A stretch of 64,000 nt of DNA from Deltaproteobacteria bacterium (GTDB taxonomy: Bacteria; Myxococcota_A; UBA9160; SMWR01), in assembly GCA_031405455.1 (NCBI GenBank), contig JANNIY010000168.1, forward strand, positions 16,009-80,008, in the 5' to 3' direction. The notes below the pieces were generated by a model that saw nothing but the letters and a program-made list of their open reading frames with translations, did no database searches and was not told where the DNA came from. This document shows, piece by piece, positions 29,301 to 37,780 of this stretch; position 1 is the first letter of the stretch, and the number at the start of each line of letters is the position of its first letter. Position numbers and translations under genes: made by a program.

Positions 29301-29945
29301 GACGAACAAGGAGGGATCATCGACGGTCTTGTAGCCCTCCCCGACCTCGGCAGCCGAGAGCACCGTGCCCCCGCGAGCCCACCACCACACGATCTTGTGT
29401 CCCTGGTAGAGCAGACCCCGGGCGTGCAATTGGGAGAGGGCCCACCAAACGCTCTCGATGTAGCTCTCGTGATACGTGACGTAGGCGTCGTCCATGTCGA
29501 GCCAGAACGCGAGTTTCTCGGTGAACTCCTTCCACTCTTCCGTGTAGCGAAAGACGCTTTCGAGACAGCGTCGCACGAAGGGCTCGACGCCGTAGGCGAG
29601 AATCGCGTCGCGCCCGGAGATACGAAGTTCCTTCTCGACCTCGATCTCGACCGCCAGACCGTGGGTATCCCAGCCGGCGCGGCGCGGAACGTCGTAGCCG
29701 CGCATCGACCGATAGCGGGGAAAGACGTCCTTCATCACACGCGTGAGCGCGTGCCCGTTGTGGGGCATGCCATTCGCGGTGGGGGGGCCCTCGTAGAACA
29801 CGAAACGCGGACCGCCGCGGCGCTTCTCCAGCGATTTGCGGAAGATGTCCGCCTCGCGCCAGAAGCGCCGGATTCGCGCCTCGGCCAGCGGGAAGTCGAC
29901 GACCGGTGCGACCTTCTCGAAGCCGGGAAGAGCCATGGGGCGCAT
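26331..29945 (-). CDS. ileS: Isoleucine--tRNA ligase, type 2 (eukaryote-like)
   Basis: Track ORF, 1204 aa. PPTANGMPHNGHALTR (HIGH), a CP1 editing-domain-like middle, and the KMSKS-region GKKESKSKGNY. ATG 29936 is an alternative start. Confidence 0.95.
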   Translation of the reverse strand: MRPMALPGFEKVAPVVDFPLAEARIRRFWREADIFRKSLEKRRGGPRFVFYEGPPTANGMPHNGHALTRVMKDVFPRYRSMRGYDVPRRAGWDTHGLAVEIEVEKELRISGRDAILAYGVEPFVRRCLESVFRYTEEWKEFTEKLAFWLDMDDAYVTYHESYIESVWWALSQLHARGLLYQGHKIVWWWARGGTVLSAAEVGEGYKTVDDPSLFVRLPLTDEPGTSLLAWTTTPWTLPSNAFAAVRPDVDYAVVKDGEQRLIVAEARVAALGELIGRELPVASRLRGAALVGRRYTPPFDWFAGAQAGHDLWRVVAADFVELDSGTGVVHIAPAFGETDFELLRHEQRTRADLPLLCAVRPDGGFDPEIAPPAYAGRWVKDCDRDLCRDLKERGLVWHLGQIRHEYPYCVRSDQDPLIQYARPAWYLRTTAFVDAALANNARIQWLPEHIRDGRFGDFLRNNVDWALSRERFWGTPLNVWVNDETGALDVPASVAEISTRNPRAFDAFDEAQRRDPTLSPHLRVHKPWIDAVTWTRPGEPGVYRRVPEVIDAWFDSGSMPFAQWGHPHRGSDEFERSFPADFISEAIDQTRGWFNSLLWISTLLFPERAAPHPYKTCIVLGHVADREGKKESKSKGNYTPPEIILDRVRLEFAVVSPDDETPAAGEALIAREDFEGLDLRGERVKLRVYRDDEPERARELELRPGRLPRRVIVLSAVDTEVLSLTPRPRGVKVLPREVPQLPPEAKLWVEDPGSAAPGADAFRWFFYASNPPWNPTRHSLSAVRAQQRELPLKLRNVYAFFSIYANIDGFDPANEACRRGRRPAVSRALVDRWILSELALANTRVIECMDAYRLYESTIVLTDFVDALSNWWVRRNRDRFWAPGLGPDKLDAHWTLWETLVALAKLLAPFLPYASEEIWQNLARRTLRDDAEESVHLCDFPAPEASLIDRDLSRVMGAVREIVSLGLQVRTAEKLRVRQPLAAAEIVLADPSLEPALREHLGLVRDELNVLEVHFALRADDYVRYEVKPNFRALGPRVGKRMPALKAALATADGAALLRQLEAQGSCSLLVEGAELSLGPQEIAVALEALPGFASASGGVGVVVLRTQLNAALVADGLFREVLNRVQTLRKELDLEYTGRILLTLAGAPELLAAVRPRVADLEREALAVRVVLEAAPAAEAHVREATIDGFPLTIGLRLANEES

Positions 29946-29982
29946 AGGCTACCATTAGCCGACCATTCCGCAGGAGCCGCGA

Positions 29983-31728
29983 GTGACGGAGTACTTCGGC
30001 GCCGGCATGCGCCTCTATCTGGATCGCCTCGTCGATTGGGACGGCCTGCTCGAGCTGCGACGGGGCAGCGGCGTCGACGTTCCGGCGGAAGTCGCGGCGT
30101 ATCGGACGCTGCTCGATACCGCCTCGAAGCTGGCCGCGAGCTTCGAGGGGAAAGCGCGCGCGAACTGGCACCTCGAGGCCGAGCTCACGCCCGACGGCGG
30201 CGCACAGTCGCCCGCGCACATCCGAGAAGCCTACGACCAGCTGCGCGAGGCGGGGCTCGTCTCGCTCGGGGTCGACGAGGAGTACGGCGGGTTCGGACTC
30301 CCCGCGCTGATCGTCGGCATGTGTCTACAGATGATCTCGCGCGCCGATCCGAGCCTGATGATGGTCGTGGGGCTCCAGACCGGGGCCGCCGACGACATCC
30401 AGCGCTTCGGCAGCGATGAGGTGAAGCGCGCCTGGCTTCCACGCTTCAGCTCGGGCGAGGTGCAGGGCTGCATGGACCTCACCGAACCACAGGCGGGGAG
30501 CGACCTCGGCGGGATCGCGACGCGGGTCACCGAGCTTCCGGACGGCCGGCTCCGCATCGACGGACAGAAGATCTACATCTCGAACGGCGGCGCGGAAGTC
30601 CACCTCGTGCTCGCGCGCGACGCCGACAGTTTCGAGGCGTCGAAGGGCACCACCAACGGACTCTCGCTCGTCCTCGTGGCCCGGCACGGCGAAGATGGCG
30701 CGGGCAATGGCGTGCGCGTCGCGCGTCTCGAGCGCAAGCTCGGCATCCACGGTTCGGCGACCTGCGAAGTGATCTTCGACGGCGCGATCGGCGTGCGCCT
30801 CGGCAAGAAGGGCAAGGGGTTCCGGGCCATGCTCGAGCTGATGAACGCCGCGCGCCTCGGCGTGGCCGCGCAGGCCCTGGGACTCTGCGAAGCCGCGTTG
30901 CACGACGCCTCGCGTTACGCCGCGCAGCGCGAGCAGTTCGGCGCCCCGATTGCGAAGCAACCCCTGGTGATGACGATGCTCGCGAAAATGGTGGTGAACA
31001 CCGAAGCGGTGCGCGCCCTGCTCTATCGCACCTACGTGCTGCTCGACCGCAACAACGCCCGGGAAACCGCCCTCGCGCGCACGGAACTCTCGGCGGGAGA
31101 GCGCGCCATGCTGCAGGGCGATCTCGAACGCGACACGATCCAGGTTCGCCTGCTGACGCCGCTGTGCAAATACTTCGCTACGGAGGTTTGCGACGATCTC
31201 ACGCGCGACGCGATGCAGGTCTTCGGCGGCATCGGCTACACGATGGATGCCGATGTCGCGAAGCTCCACGCGGACAGCCTGATCATGACGGTCTACGAGG
31301 GAACGAGCGAAATCCAGGCTTCCTTCGCGCTCAAGGAGATGGGCAAGGGCGCCCTCGCCGTCGTGTTCGCCGAGCTGCGCACGGAACTCGCCGCCTTGAA
31401 TACGGATCCCGTGCGCGAGCGCCTCTCGCACCGAGTCGAAGACGTGATGCGGGGCATCGAGGACGCCGCCAAGGCGCTCTTTTCGGACCCCGGCTATGCG
31501 CTCCTGCGTGCGAAACTGCTCGCTGAAATGGTGATCAATGTGATCGCCTCCTGCGAGCTGCTCAAGCAGGCCGGCGCCGCGCCCGAGCGCGTGGGTCTCG
31601 CCGAAGCGTTCATCCGCCGCCGCATGCTCGACGCCGAGCACATGGAGCGACGCATCCAACTGAATGCGAAGGGCCGCCTCGAAAGCGACGAGCAGCTGCT
31701 CGTGCAGCTGGCGGCCGGCCGCATCTGA
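29983..31728 (+). CDS. Long acyl-CoA dehydrogenase (FadE-like, ~580 aa with a C-terminal helical extension)
   Basis: Track ORF; GTG start with AGGAG 7 nt upstream. CMDLTEPQAGSDLG, KIYISNGG, FGGIGYTMD...YEGTSEIQ. Confidence 0.9.
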   Translation: MTEYFGAGMRLYLDRLVDWDGLLELRRGSGVDVPAEVAAYRTLLDTASKLAASFEGKARANWHLEAELTPDGGAQSPAHIREAYDQLREAGLVSLGVDEEYGGFGLPALIVGMCLQMISRADPSLMMVVGLQTGAADDIQRFGSDEVKRAWLPRFSSGEVQGCMDLTEPQAGSDLGGIATRVTELPDGRLRIDGQKIYISNGGAEVHLVLARDADSFEASKGTTNGLSLVLVARHGEDGAGNGVRVARLERKLGIHGSATCEVIFDGAIGVRLGKKGKGFRAMLELMNAARLGVAAQALGLCEAALHDASRYAAQREQFGAPIAKQPLVMTMLAKMVVNTEAVRALLYRTYVLLDRNNARETALARTELSAGERAMLQGDLERDTIQVRLLTPLCKYFATEVCDDLTRDAMQVFGGIGYTMDADVAKLHADSLIMTVYEGTSEIQASFALKEMGKGALAVVFAELRTELAALNTDPVRERLSHRVEDVMRGIEDAAKALFSDPGYALLRAKLLAEMVINVIASCELLKQAGAAPERVGLAEAFIRRRMLDAEHMERRIQLNAKGRLESDEQLLVQLAAGRI

Positions 31729-31735
31729 CGCTGCC

Positions 31736-32629
31736 GTGCGGGTACGCGTACTCGGATCCTGCGCGGGCGGAGGTCTCCCTCAGTGGAATTGCGGGGGAAG
31801 CAACGCCGTCCGTGCGCGAGCGGGGGATCCCGACGTGCCGCCGCGTTCGCAAGCCGGCCTCGCGATCTCGGCCGATGGCGTGCGCTGGTCGCTGGTCGGC
31901 GCGAGCCCGGACCTGCGCGACCAGTTCGCGCGCTTCGAAGGCCTGCATCCCCGGCCGGGGACGCGCGACCTTCCCCTCGATGTGGTGCTGCTTTCGAACG
32001 CCGAGATCGATCACGTTCTCGGCATCCTCGTGCTGCGCGACGCGCACAGCTATCGGATTCTTTCGACGAACTGGGTGCGCGACGCCCTGCTCGCCCACAA
32101 CGCCGCGTTTCGCCTGCTGGCGCCCATCTGGAGCGCGGTCGCGCTCGACACCCCCTTCGCCCTCGATCGCGACGGACAGCTCGAAGCGCGCCTTTTCCCC
32201 GTACCCGCCAAGCTACCTTCGCACCTCGCGGATCTCGCGAAGGCCGCGCCCGGCACGACGGTCGGCGTACGCGTCACCGATACGCGTAGCGGCAAACGCC
32301 TCGTCGTGCTCCCGAGCTTTACGCGCCTCGAGGCGGGCACGCTGGCCGAACTCGAAGCCGCGGATTGCCGCTTCGTCGACGGAACCTTCTGGCGCGCCGA
32401 GGAGTTGCGCGAGCTGCGGCCCGGCGCGCCGGACGCCTTCGCCATGGGGCACGTTCCGATCTCCGGGGTCGGCGGAAGCCTCGAGAAGCTCGCGGGGCTG
32501 CGCGGACGGACGTTGTATTTTCACATGAACGGCACCAATCCGATCCTCGATCGCGCCTCGCCCGAGGCGGCCGCCGTGCACCGCGCGGGCATCGAGATCG
32601 CCATCGAAGGCCTGGAGTTCGAACCGTGA
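31736..32629 (+). CDS. pqqB: PQQ biosynthesis protein B (metallo-beta-lactamase fold)
   Basis: GTG 31736 within track ORF 31664..32629 gives (M)RVRVLGSCAGGGLPQWNCGGSNAVRAR, the PqqB N-terminal signature. It starts 7 nt after the acyl-CoA dehydrogenase stop. Confidence 0.9.
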   Translation: MRVRVLGSCAGGGLPQWNCGGSNAVRARAGDPDVPPRSQAGLAISADGVRWSLVGASPDLRDQFARFEGLHPRPGTRDLPLDVVLLSNAEIDHVLGILVLRDAHSYRILSTNWVRDALLAHNAAFRLLAPIWSAVALDTPFALDRDGQLEARLFPVPAKLPSHLADLAKAAPGTTVGVRVTDTRSGKRLVVLPSFTRLEAGTLAELEAADCRFVDGTFWRAEELRELRPGAPDAFAMGHVPISGVGGSLEKLAGLRGRTLYFHMNGTNPILDRASPEAAAVHRAGIEIAIEGLEFEP

Positions 32630-33561
32630 GCCCGGAAGACTTCGAAGCGCGGCTGCGCCGGATCGGCGAGCAGCGCTACCACCACCGCCATCCATTCAAT
32701 CTGCGCATGCACGCCGGCTCGCTCTCCCGCGAAGAGATCCAGACCTGGGTGCGCAACCGCTACTACTACCAGACCCGCATCCCGATCAAGGATGGGCTGA
32801 TCCTCGCGAAGGCCGCCGATCCGGGTTTTCGCCGCGGCTGGGTGCAACGCATCCGCGATCACGACGGCGACGAGCAGGGCACGGGCGGGCTCGAACTCTG
32901 GCTATCGCTCGCCGAGGCCGTGGGGCTCGACCGCGCGGACGTGGAACGCCTCGACGACGTGTTGCCGGGCGTGCGAGCCGCTTGCGACGATTACGTGCGC
33001 TTCGTCGAATCGCATGATCTGCTCGAGAGCGTCGCCTCGTCTCTCACGGAGCTGTTCGCGGGCGACATCATGCGAGTGCGGATCGACGCGTTCGAACAGC
33101 ACTACACCTGGGTCGACACGACGGGTCTGCGCTACTTCCAGAGCCGCACGCGCCAGGCGCCGCGCGACGCCGCCGAGGGACTCCGCTTCGTGCTGGAGCA
33201 CGCGCGCAGCGAGCCGGACCAGGATCGCTGCGCCGCCGCGCTCGAACGCAAGTGCGAGATTCTCTGGCGCCTGCTCGACGCGATCGAAGCGGCGCATGAC
33301 CGCCCCCGCGTCTCGCCACACGCGCAGATGCGCGTCGACGCCGGCGAGCGCCTCGTCGTGCTGCCCGAGCGCGCCGTCAAACCGAGCGCGAGCGGCTGCG
33401 AGATCCTCGATCTCTGTGATGGCGAGCGCACCGCCGCCGAGATCGCGGCAGAACTCCGCAGTCGTCACCCTGAAGTGTCCGGACTCACGAACGACGTGCA
33501 CGAGTTCCTCGCGAGCATGCAAAAACTCGGCGTTCTCGCGCCGCCGCCGGCTTCGCGATGA
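32626..33561 (+). CDS. pqqC: Fused PqqC (pyrroloquinoline-quinone synthase) and PqqD (peptide chaperone)
   Basis: GTG 32626 overlaps the pqqB stop (GTGA). PqqC blocks: YHHRHPFNLRMHAG.L..EEIQTWVRNRYYYQ, RIRDHDG, SSLTELFA. The last ~90 aa (RVDAGERLVVLPERAVKPSASGCEILDLCDGERTAAEIAAEL...) are PqqD-like, with no stop between them. Confidence 0.9.
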   Translation: MSPEDFEARLRRIGEQRYHHRHPFNLRMHAGSLSREEIQTWVRNRYYYQTRIPIKDGLILAKAADPGFRRGWVQRIRDHDGDEQGTGGLELWLSLAEAVGLDRADVERLDDVLPGVRAACDDYVRFVESHDLLESVASSLTELFAGDIMRVRIDAFEQHYTWVDTTGLRYFQSRTRQAPRDAAEGLRFVLEHARSEPDQDRCAAALERKCEILWRLLDAIEAAHDRPRVSPHAQMRVDAGERLVVLPERAVKPSASGCEILDLCDGERTAAEIAAELRSRHPEVSGLTNDVHEFLASMQKLGVLAPPPASR

Positions 33562-34679
33562 ACGCTCCGCGCCCGTACAACCTCGTCGCCGAACTCACGT
33601 ATCGCTGTCCGCTGCGCTGCGCCTACTGCTCGAATCCGGTGACGTTTCGCGACGTCCCGGACGCCCTCGATACGCAAACCTGGTGCCGCGTGTTTCGCGA
33701 GGCCGCGGCGCTCGGCGTCGTGCACGTGGGTCTCACCGGCGGGGAGCCATGCGTGCGCGTCGATCTCGCGGAGCTGGTCGGCGGCGCCGCCGAGGCCGGT
33801 CTCTACACGCACCTCGTCACCGCGGGCACGACGCTCTCGGCGCAGGGACTCGCGGGCCTGCGCGCCGCCGGTTTGCGCAGCGTTCAACTCTCCGTGCAGG
33901 ACGCTCGCGCCGATGCGTCTGATGCCATTGCCGGCGTGCCCGCGTTCGAGCGCAAACTCGCCTTCGCGGGGCAGGTGAGGGCCGAGGGGCTGCCGCTCAC
34001 GCTCAACGTCGTGCTGCACCGACGCAACCTCGAGCGCGTACCCGAACTCATCGCGCTCGCGCGCGAGCTCGACGCAGACCGGCTCGAGCTCGCAAACACG
34101 CAGTACCACGGCTGGGCGCTCGTGAATCGCGAGGCTCTCCTGCCTTCGCGCGCGCAGCTGGAAGAGGCCGCACGCGCGGTCGCCGTCGCGCGAAAACAAT
34201 CGGCGCGCCCGGAAATCCTCTTCGTGTTGCCGGACTACTTCGCGAAGCGCCCGAAGCCCTGCATGGGCGGCTGGGGCCGGCGCACGCTGGTCGTGGCGCC
34301 GGATGGCCGCGTGTTGCCGTGCCATGCGGCAGGCTCGCTCCCCGGGCTCGAATTCGGAAACGTGAGGTCGCTGTCGCTCGCGCAGTGCTGGAGCGATGCG
34401 TCCGGCATGAATGCCTTTCGCGGAGAAGCCTGGATGCCGGAGCCATGCCGCTCGTGCCCCGAGCGCGCGAGCGATTTCGGCGGCTGTCGCTGCCAGGCCT
34501 TCGCGCTCACGGGCGAAGCGTCGGCGACCGATCCGGCCTGTGAGCTCGCGCCGCGCCACGAGCTGATCCTCGCGGCTCGCCGCGCAGCGGAGGCGCAGCC
34601 TGGCGAGCCGCGTTTCGTCCTGCGCGGGGAGCCCCGCAGGTCCGAGACGACGAGCGGCGACGCTTCGCGGAGGCATTGA
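33558..34679 (+). CDS. pqqE: PQQ biosynthesis radical SAM/SPASM protein
   Basis: The ATG overlaps the pqqC/D stop (ATGA). LVAELTYRCPLRCAYCSN (CxxxCxxC) and a C-terminal SPASM cysteine cluster CRSCPERASDFGGCRCQA. Confidence 0.9.
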   Translation: MNAPRPYNLVAELTYRCPLRCAYCSNPVTFRDVPDALDTQTWCRVFREAAALGVVHVGLTGGEPCVRVDLAELVGGAAEAGLYTHLVTAGTTLSAQGLAGLRAAGLRSVQLSVQDARADASDAIAGVPAFERKLAFAGQVRAEGLPLTLNVVLHRRNLERVPELIALARELDADRLELANTQYHGWALVNREALLPSRAQLEEAARAVAVARKQSARPEILFVLPDYFAKRPKPCMGGWGRRTLVVAPDGRVLPCHAAGSLPGLEFGNVRSLSLAQCWSDASGMNAFRGEAWMPEPCRSCPERASDFGGCRCQAFALTGEASATDPACELAPRHELILAARRAAEAQPGEPRFVLRGEPRRSETTSGDASRRH

Positions 34680-35743
34680 TGCAGAGTCGCTGGCTGCGGG
34701 TGGCGTTGGCGCTCGCATACCTGCTGTTCCTCTTCGGCCTGTTCGAGGCCAGCGCACGCGCGTTCTGGGCAATTCGCTGGGACGTGCCGTTCCTGCATCC
34801 GAGCCGGGCGGCGACTGCATTCTATCCCGAAATTGCGCCGCTGCTTTCGCCCCCTTCTCGGGAGGACGCAGCCAGCTTCGACGTGCTCCTGCTCGGCGGC
34901 TCCGCCCTGAACGCGAACTTCGGCCCGATCGGACAGCTCCTGGCGGAACGTCTGACGCAGGCCTCCGGACGCCGGGTCCAGGTACACAATCTCGCGATGC
35001 CGGGGCACACGACGCTCGACAGCCTCTACAAATACCGGCAGCTCGGCCAGGCAGATTTCGATCTCGTGGCCGTCTATCACGGCATCAACGAGCTGCGCGC
35101 GAACAACGTGCCGCCCGAAGCCTTTCGCAGCGACTATTCCCATTACGGCTGGTACGAGCTCGTGCGCGACGTCGTCGACCAGGATGCGCTCTATCCGGTG
35201 GCGACCCCCTACAGTGTCATCTTTGCGGCCCGCCGCATGCTCGCGCGGATCGGGCTGCGCGCCTACGTTCCGATCGAACGTCCGCGGCCCGAGTGGGTCG
35301 CCTACGGCCGCGAGGTCCGCAGCGCCGAACCGTTTCGAGCCAATCTCACGGCAATCGCCGAACTCGCGCGGAGCCGGGGGGAGCGGCTCGTGCTGATGAC
35401 CTATGCGAGTCACATTCCGCCGGACTACTCCGAAGAAAAGTTTGCCGCGCACGCACTCGACTACGTTCTCCACACCGCGCCGATCGCGCTATGGGGCGAT
35501 GTCGAGAACATCCGGGTGGGGCTGGCGGCGCACAACGCAGTCGTGCGCGAGCTCGTAGCTTCCGATCGACAGCTCGAGTTCGCCGACATCGCCGCCGCGA
35601 TCCCGGACGAGGGTCGCTACTACGACGACGTCTGCCACTTCACCGTGCCCGGCGCCGAGCGCTTCGTGGAGACGTTGTTGCCCGCCGCCCTGCGCGTTCT
35701 GCAAGGCGAGGCACGGCCGAGCGCAGGGACGCTTCCGCGCTAG
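34676..35743 (+). CDS. Membrane-anchored SGNH/GDSL-like hydrolase
   Basis: Track ORF; TTG 34676 or ATG 34679, overlapping the pqqE stop. N-terminal TM helix. Block I VLLLGGSAL, block III HGINE, block V DDVCH (DxxH). Confidence 0.65.
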   Translation: MMQSRWLRVALALAYLLFLFGLFEASARAFWAIRWDVPFLHPSRAATAFYPEIAPLLSPPSREDAASFDVLLLGGSALNANFGPIGQLLAERLTQASGRRVQVHNLAMPGHTTLDSLYKYRQLGQADFDLVAVYHGINELRANNVPPEAFRSDYSHYGWYELVRDVVDQDALYPVATPYSVIFAARRMLARIGLRAYVPIERPRPEWVAYGREVRSAEPFRANLTAIAELARSRGERLVLMTYASHIPPDYSEEKFAAHALDYVLHTAPIALWGDVENIRVGLAAHNAVVRELVASDRQLEFADIAAAIPDEGRYYDDVCHFTVPGAERFVETLLPAALRVLQGEARPSAGTLPR

Positions 35744-35849
35744 CCAATCCACGCGGCCGAAGCCTCACTGCGGCACGTGGCAGAAGGAACCGGGTCTGCG
35801 AAGCTCTCACGCCGTCGTCGACACGGCAAGAACGAGAAGGGGTTGCATC

Positions 35850-37778
35850 ATGTGCGGATTCGTTGGCGGCCTGCTCCAGGCTTCGTTCGAGCCCAAGCGG
35901 CTCGACCGCGCCCTCGAAGTGCTCCACCACCGCGGTCCGGACGCGGTGGGAAAATGGATCGCCCCCGACGCACGCGCGTTCCTGGGCCATACCCGTCTCT
36001 CGATCATCGGTCTCGATAACGGCGAACAGCCGATGTCGGACGCGAGCGGCGACGTTCGACTCGTCGTCAACGGTGAATTCTACGGTTACAAGGCCATCCG
36101 CGAACGACTGCGCGCCGAGGGCTGCAAGTTCACGACCGATTCCGACAGCGAGATCGCGCTGCATCTGTACCTCCGAGAGGGGATGAATCTCGGTCGCCAC
36201 CTGCGCGGCGAGTTCGCAGCGGTGATCGCCGACCGTCGCAACCGCGCGATGTTCGCGATTCGGGACCGCTTCGGCATCAAGCCGCTCTTCTATGCCGTGC
36301 ACGAGGGCAACGTCTTCTTCGCATCCGAGGTGAAGGCGCTGCTCGCCCTCGGTGTTCCCGCCCGTTGGAACCGCGAGGCGATGTTCCAGGAAGCCTTCCA
36401 CTTCCGACCGCATTCGCGCTCCTTGTTCGCGGGGATCTACACGGTTCCGCCGGGTCACTATGCGATCGCGCAGAAAGGCGAGGTCAGCGTCTACCCGTAT
36501 TGGGATCTGGATTTTCCGAGCGTCGACGCATTGGCGGCCGACGACCGCTCGGACGCCGAGGTCGTTGCGGGCTTCCGCGACGTGCTCGACGACGCCGTCC
36601 GCGAGCGACTGATCGCGGACGTCGAGGTGGCCTCCTACCTGAGCGGCGGAATCGACTCCTGCGCGGTCCTCGGTCTCGCCCAACGGCACATGGATCGACC
36701 GATCCGCGCCTTCACGTTGAGTTTCGACGACGCGCTCTACGACGAAACCGCACTGGCGCGCGCGCAGGCCGAGCTTTCAGGCGCGAGCTTTCATCCCATC
36801 CCGGTGACTTCACGCGCGCTCGCCGATGCCTACAGCGATGCGGTCTGGCACGCGGAGACACCCTTCGTGAACGGCCACGGCGTCGCAAAGTTCCTGTTGA
36901 GTCGCGCGGTGCGCGATGCCGGGATCAAGGTCGTTTTCACCGGAGAAGGCTCCGACGAGATGCTGGGAGGCTACGCGCCGTTCCGTCGCGACGTCCTCCT
37001 CTACAACAGCGCGCGGCAGGATCCCGCGACCGTGCAACGGCTGCTCGCCGAGCTGCGCGCGGCCAACCAGGCCGTCCCCGCACTGGTGGCGAGCGAAGAC
37101 GCGCCGATCCCGGAACTCGACGCCGTCCAGCGGCGGCTCGGTTGGATTCCGTCCTGGATCCAGGCCTTCTCGACGATGGGGCAAGGGACCACGGGACTGT
37201 TCAGCCGGGAAATGGCGGCCAGCGTCGCCGGCATGAATCCCTATGAGGTCGCGCTCAGCCGCCTCCCGATCGACGAACGCATCACGGGACGCGACCCCCT
37301 CAACCAGGCCCTCTACCTCTGGTCGAAGATTCACATGCCGAACTTCATCCTCACCTTTTTGAGCGATCGCATGGAGATGGCCCATTCGATCGAGGGCCGC
37401 GTCCCCTTCCTCGACCACAAGGTCGCAGAATTCGCGGCTGGGATCCCGATTCACATGAAGATCAACGGGATGCGCGAGAAGCACGTGCTGCGCGAAGCGA
37501 CCCGCGATGTCCTGATCGAGGAGGTCTACAACCGCCAGAAGCATCCGTTTTCGACTCCCCCCACCAAGTTCGGGGAGAACGACGCGATGCTGGAGTTGTT
37601 CGGCGACGTGTTCGGCTCTTCGCTGCTCGACGAGCAGCCGATCTTCGATCCTGCTGCGATTCGGAATCTCTTCCGCCTGCTGCCGGAACAATCCCCCGCG
37701 CAGCGGCTGGGAATCGACGGCCTGCTGAATCGCGTACTCAGCGTGACCCTGATGCATCAACGCTTCGGCATGTCCTAG
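35850..37778 (+). CDS. asnB: Asparagine synthase (glutamine-hydrolysing), class II amidotransferase
   Basis: Track ORF, 642 aa. MCGFVGG (Cys2 nucleophile) and SYLSGGIDS (PP-loop). GAAGGGG upstream of the ATG. Confidence 0.9.
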   Translation: MCGFVGGLLQASFEPKRLDRALEVLHHRGPDAVGKWIAPDARAFLGHTRLSIIGLDNGEQPMSDASGDVRLVVNGEFYGYKAIRERLRAEGCKFTTDSDSEIALHLYLREGMNLGRHLRGEFAAVIADRRNRAMFAIRDRFGIKPLFYAVHEGNVFFASEVKALLALGVPARWNREAMFQEAFHFRPHSRSLFAGIYTVPPGHYAIAQKGEVSVYPYWDLDFPSVDALAADDRSDAEVVAGFRDVLDDAVRERLIADVEVASYLSGGIDSCAVLGLAQRHMDRPIRAFTLSFDDALYDETALARAQAELSGASFHPIPVTSRALADAYSDAVWHAETPFVNGHGVAKFLLSRAVRDAGIKVVFTGEGSDEMLGGYAPFRRDVLLYNSARQDPATVQRLLAELRAANQAVPALVASEDAPIPELDAVQRRLGWIPSWIQAFSTMGQGTTGLFSREMAASVAGMNPYEVALSRLPIDERITGRDPLNQALYLWSKIHMPNFILTFLSDRMEMAHSIEGRVPFLDHKVAEFAAGIPIHMKINGMREKHVLREATRDVLIEEVYNRQKHPFSTPPTKFGENDAMLELFGDVFGSSLLDEQPIFDPAAIRNLFRLLPEQSPAQRLGIDGLLNRVLSVTLMHQRFGMS

Positions 37779-37780
37779 AG

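Noticed and set aside
31560-31740. Search for a pqqA peptide gene overlapping the 3' end of the acyl-CoA dehydrogenase or lying in the 7-nt gap before pqqB.
   Set aside because: I translated the other two + frames by hand and found no short ORF with a W...E-x-x-x-Y core. This is reported as an absence (see findings), not as a feature. A whole-genome profile search is needed.
32626-37778. Reading PqqD plus an asparagine-synthase homologue as a lasso-peptide or other RiPP cluster (RRE plus cyclase).
   Set aside because: The PqqD region is fused to a bona fide PqqC and flanked by PqqB and PqqE. The AsnB homologue keeps the Cys2 glutaminase nucleophile typical of true amidotransferases. No transglutaminase-like leader protease and no precursor ORF was seen.
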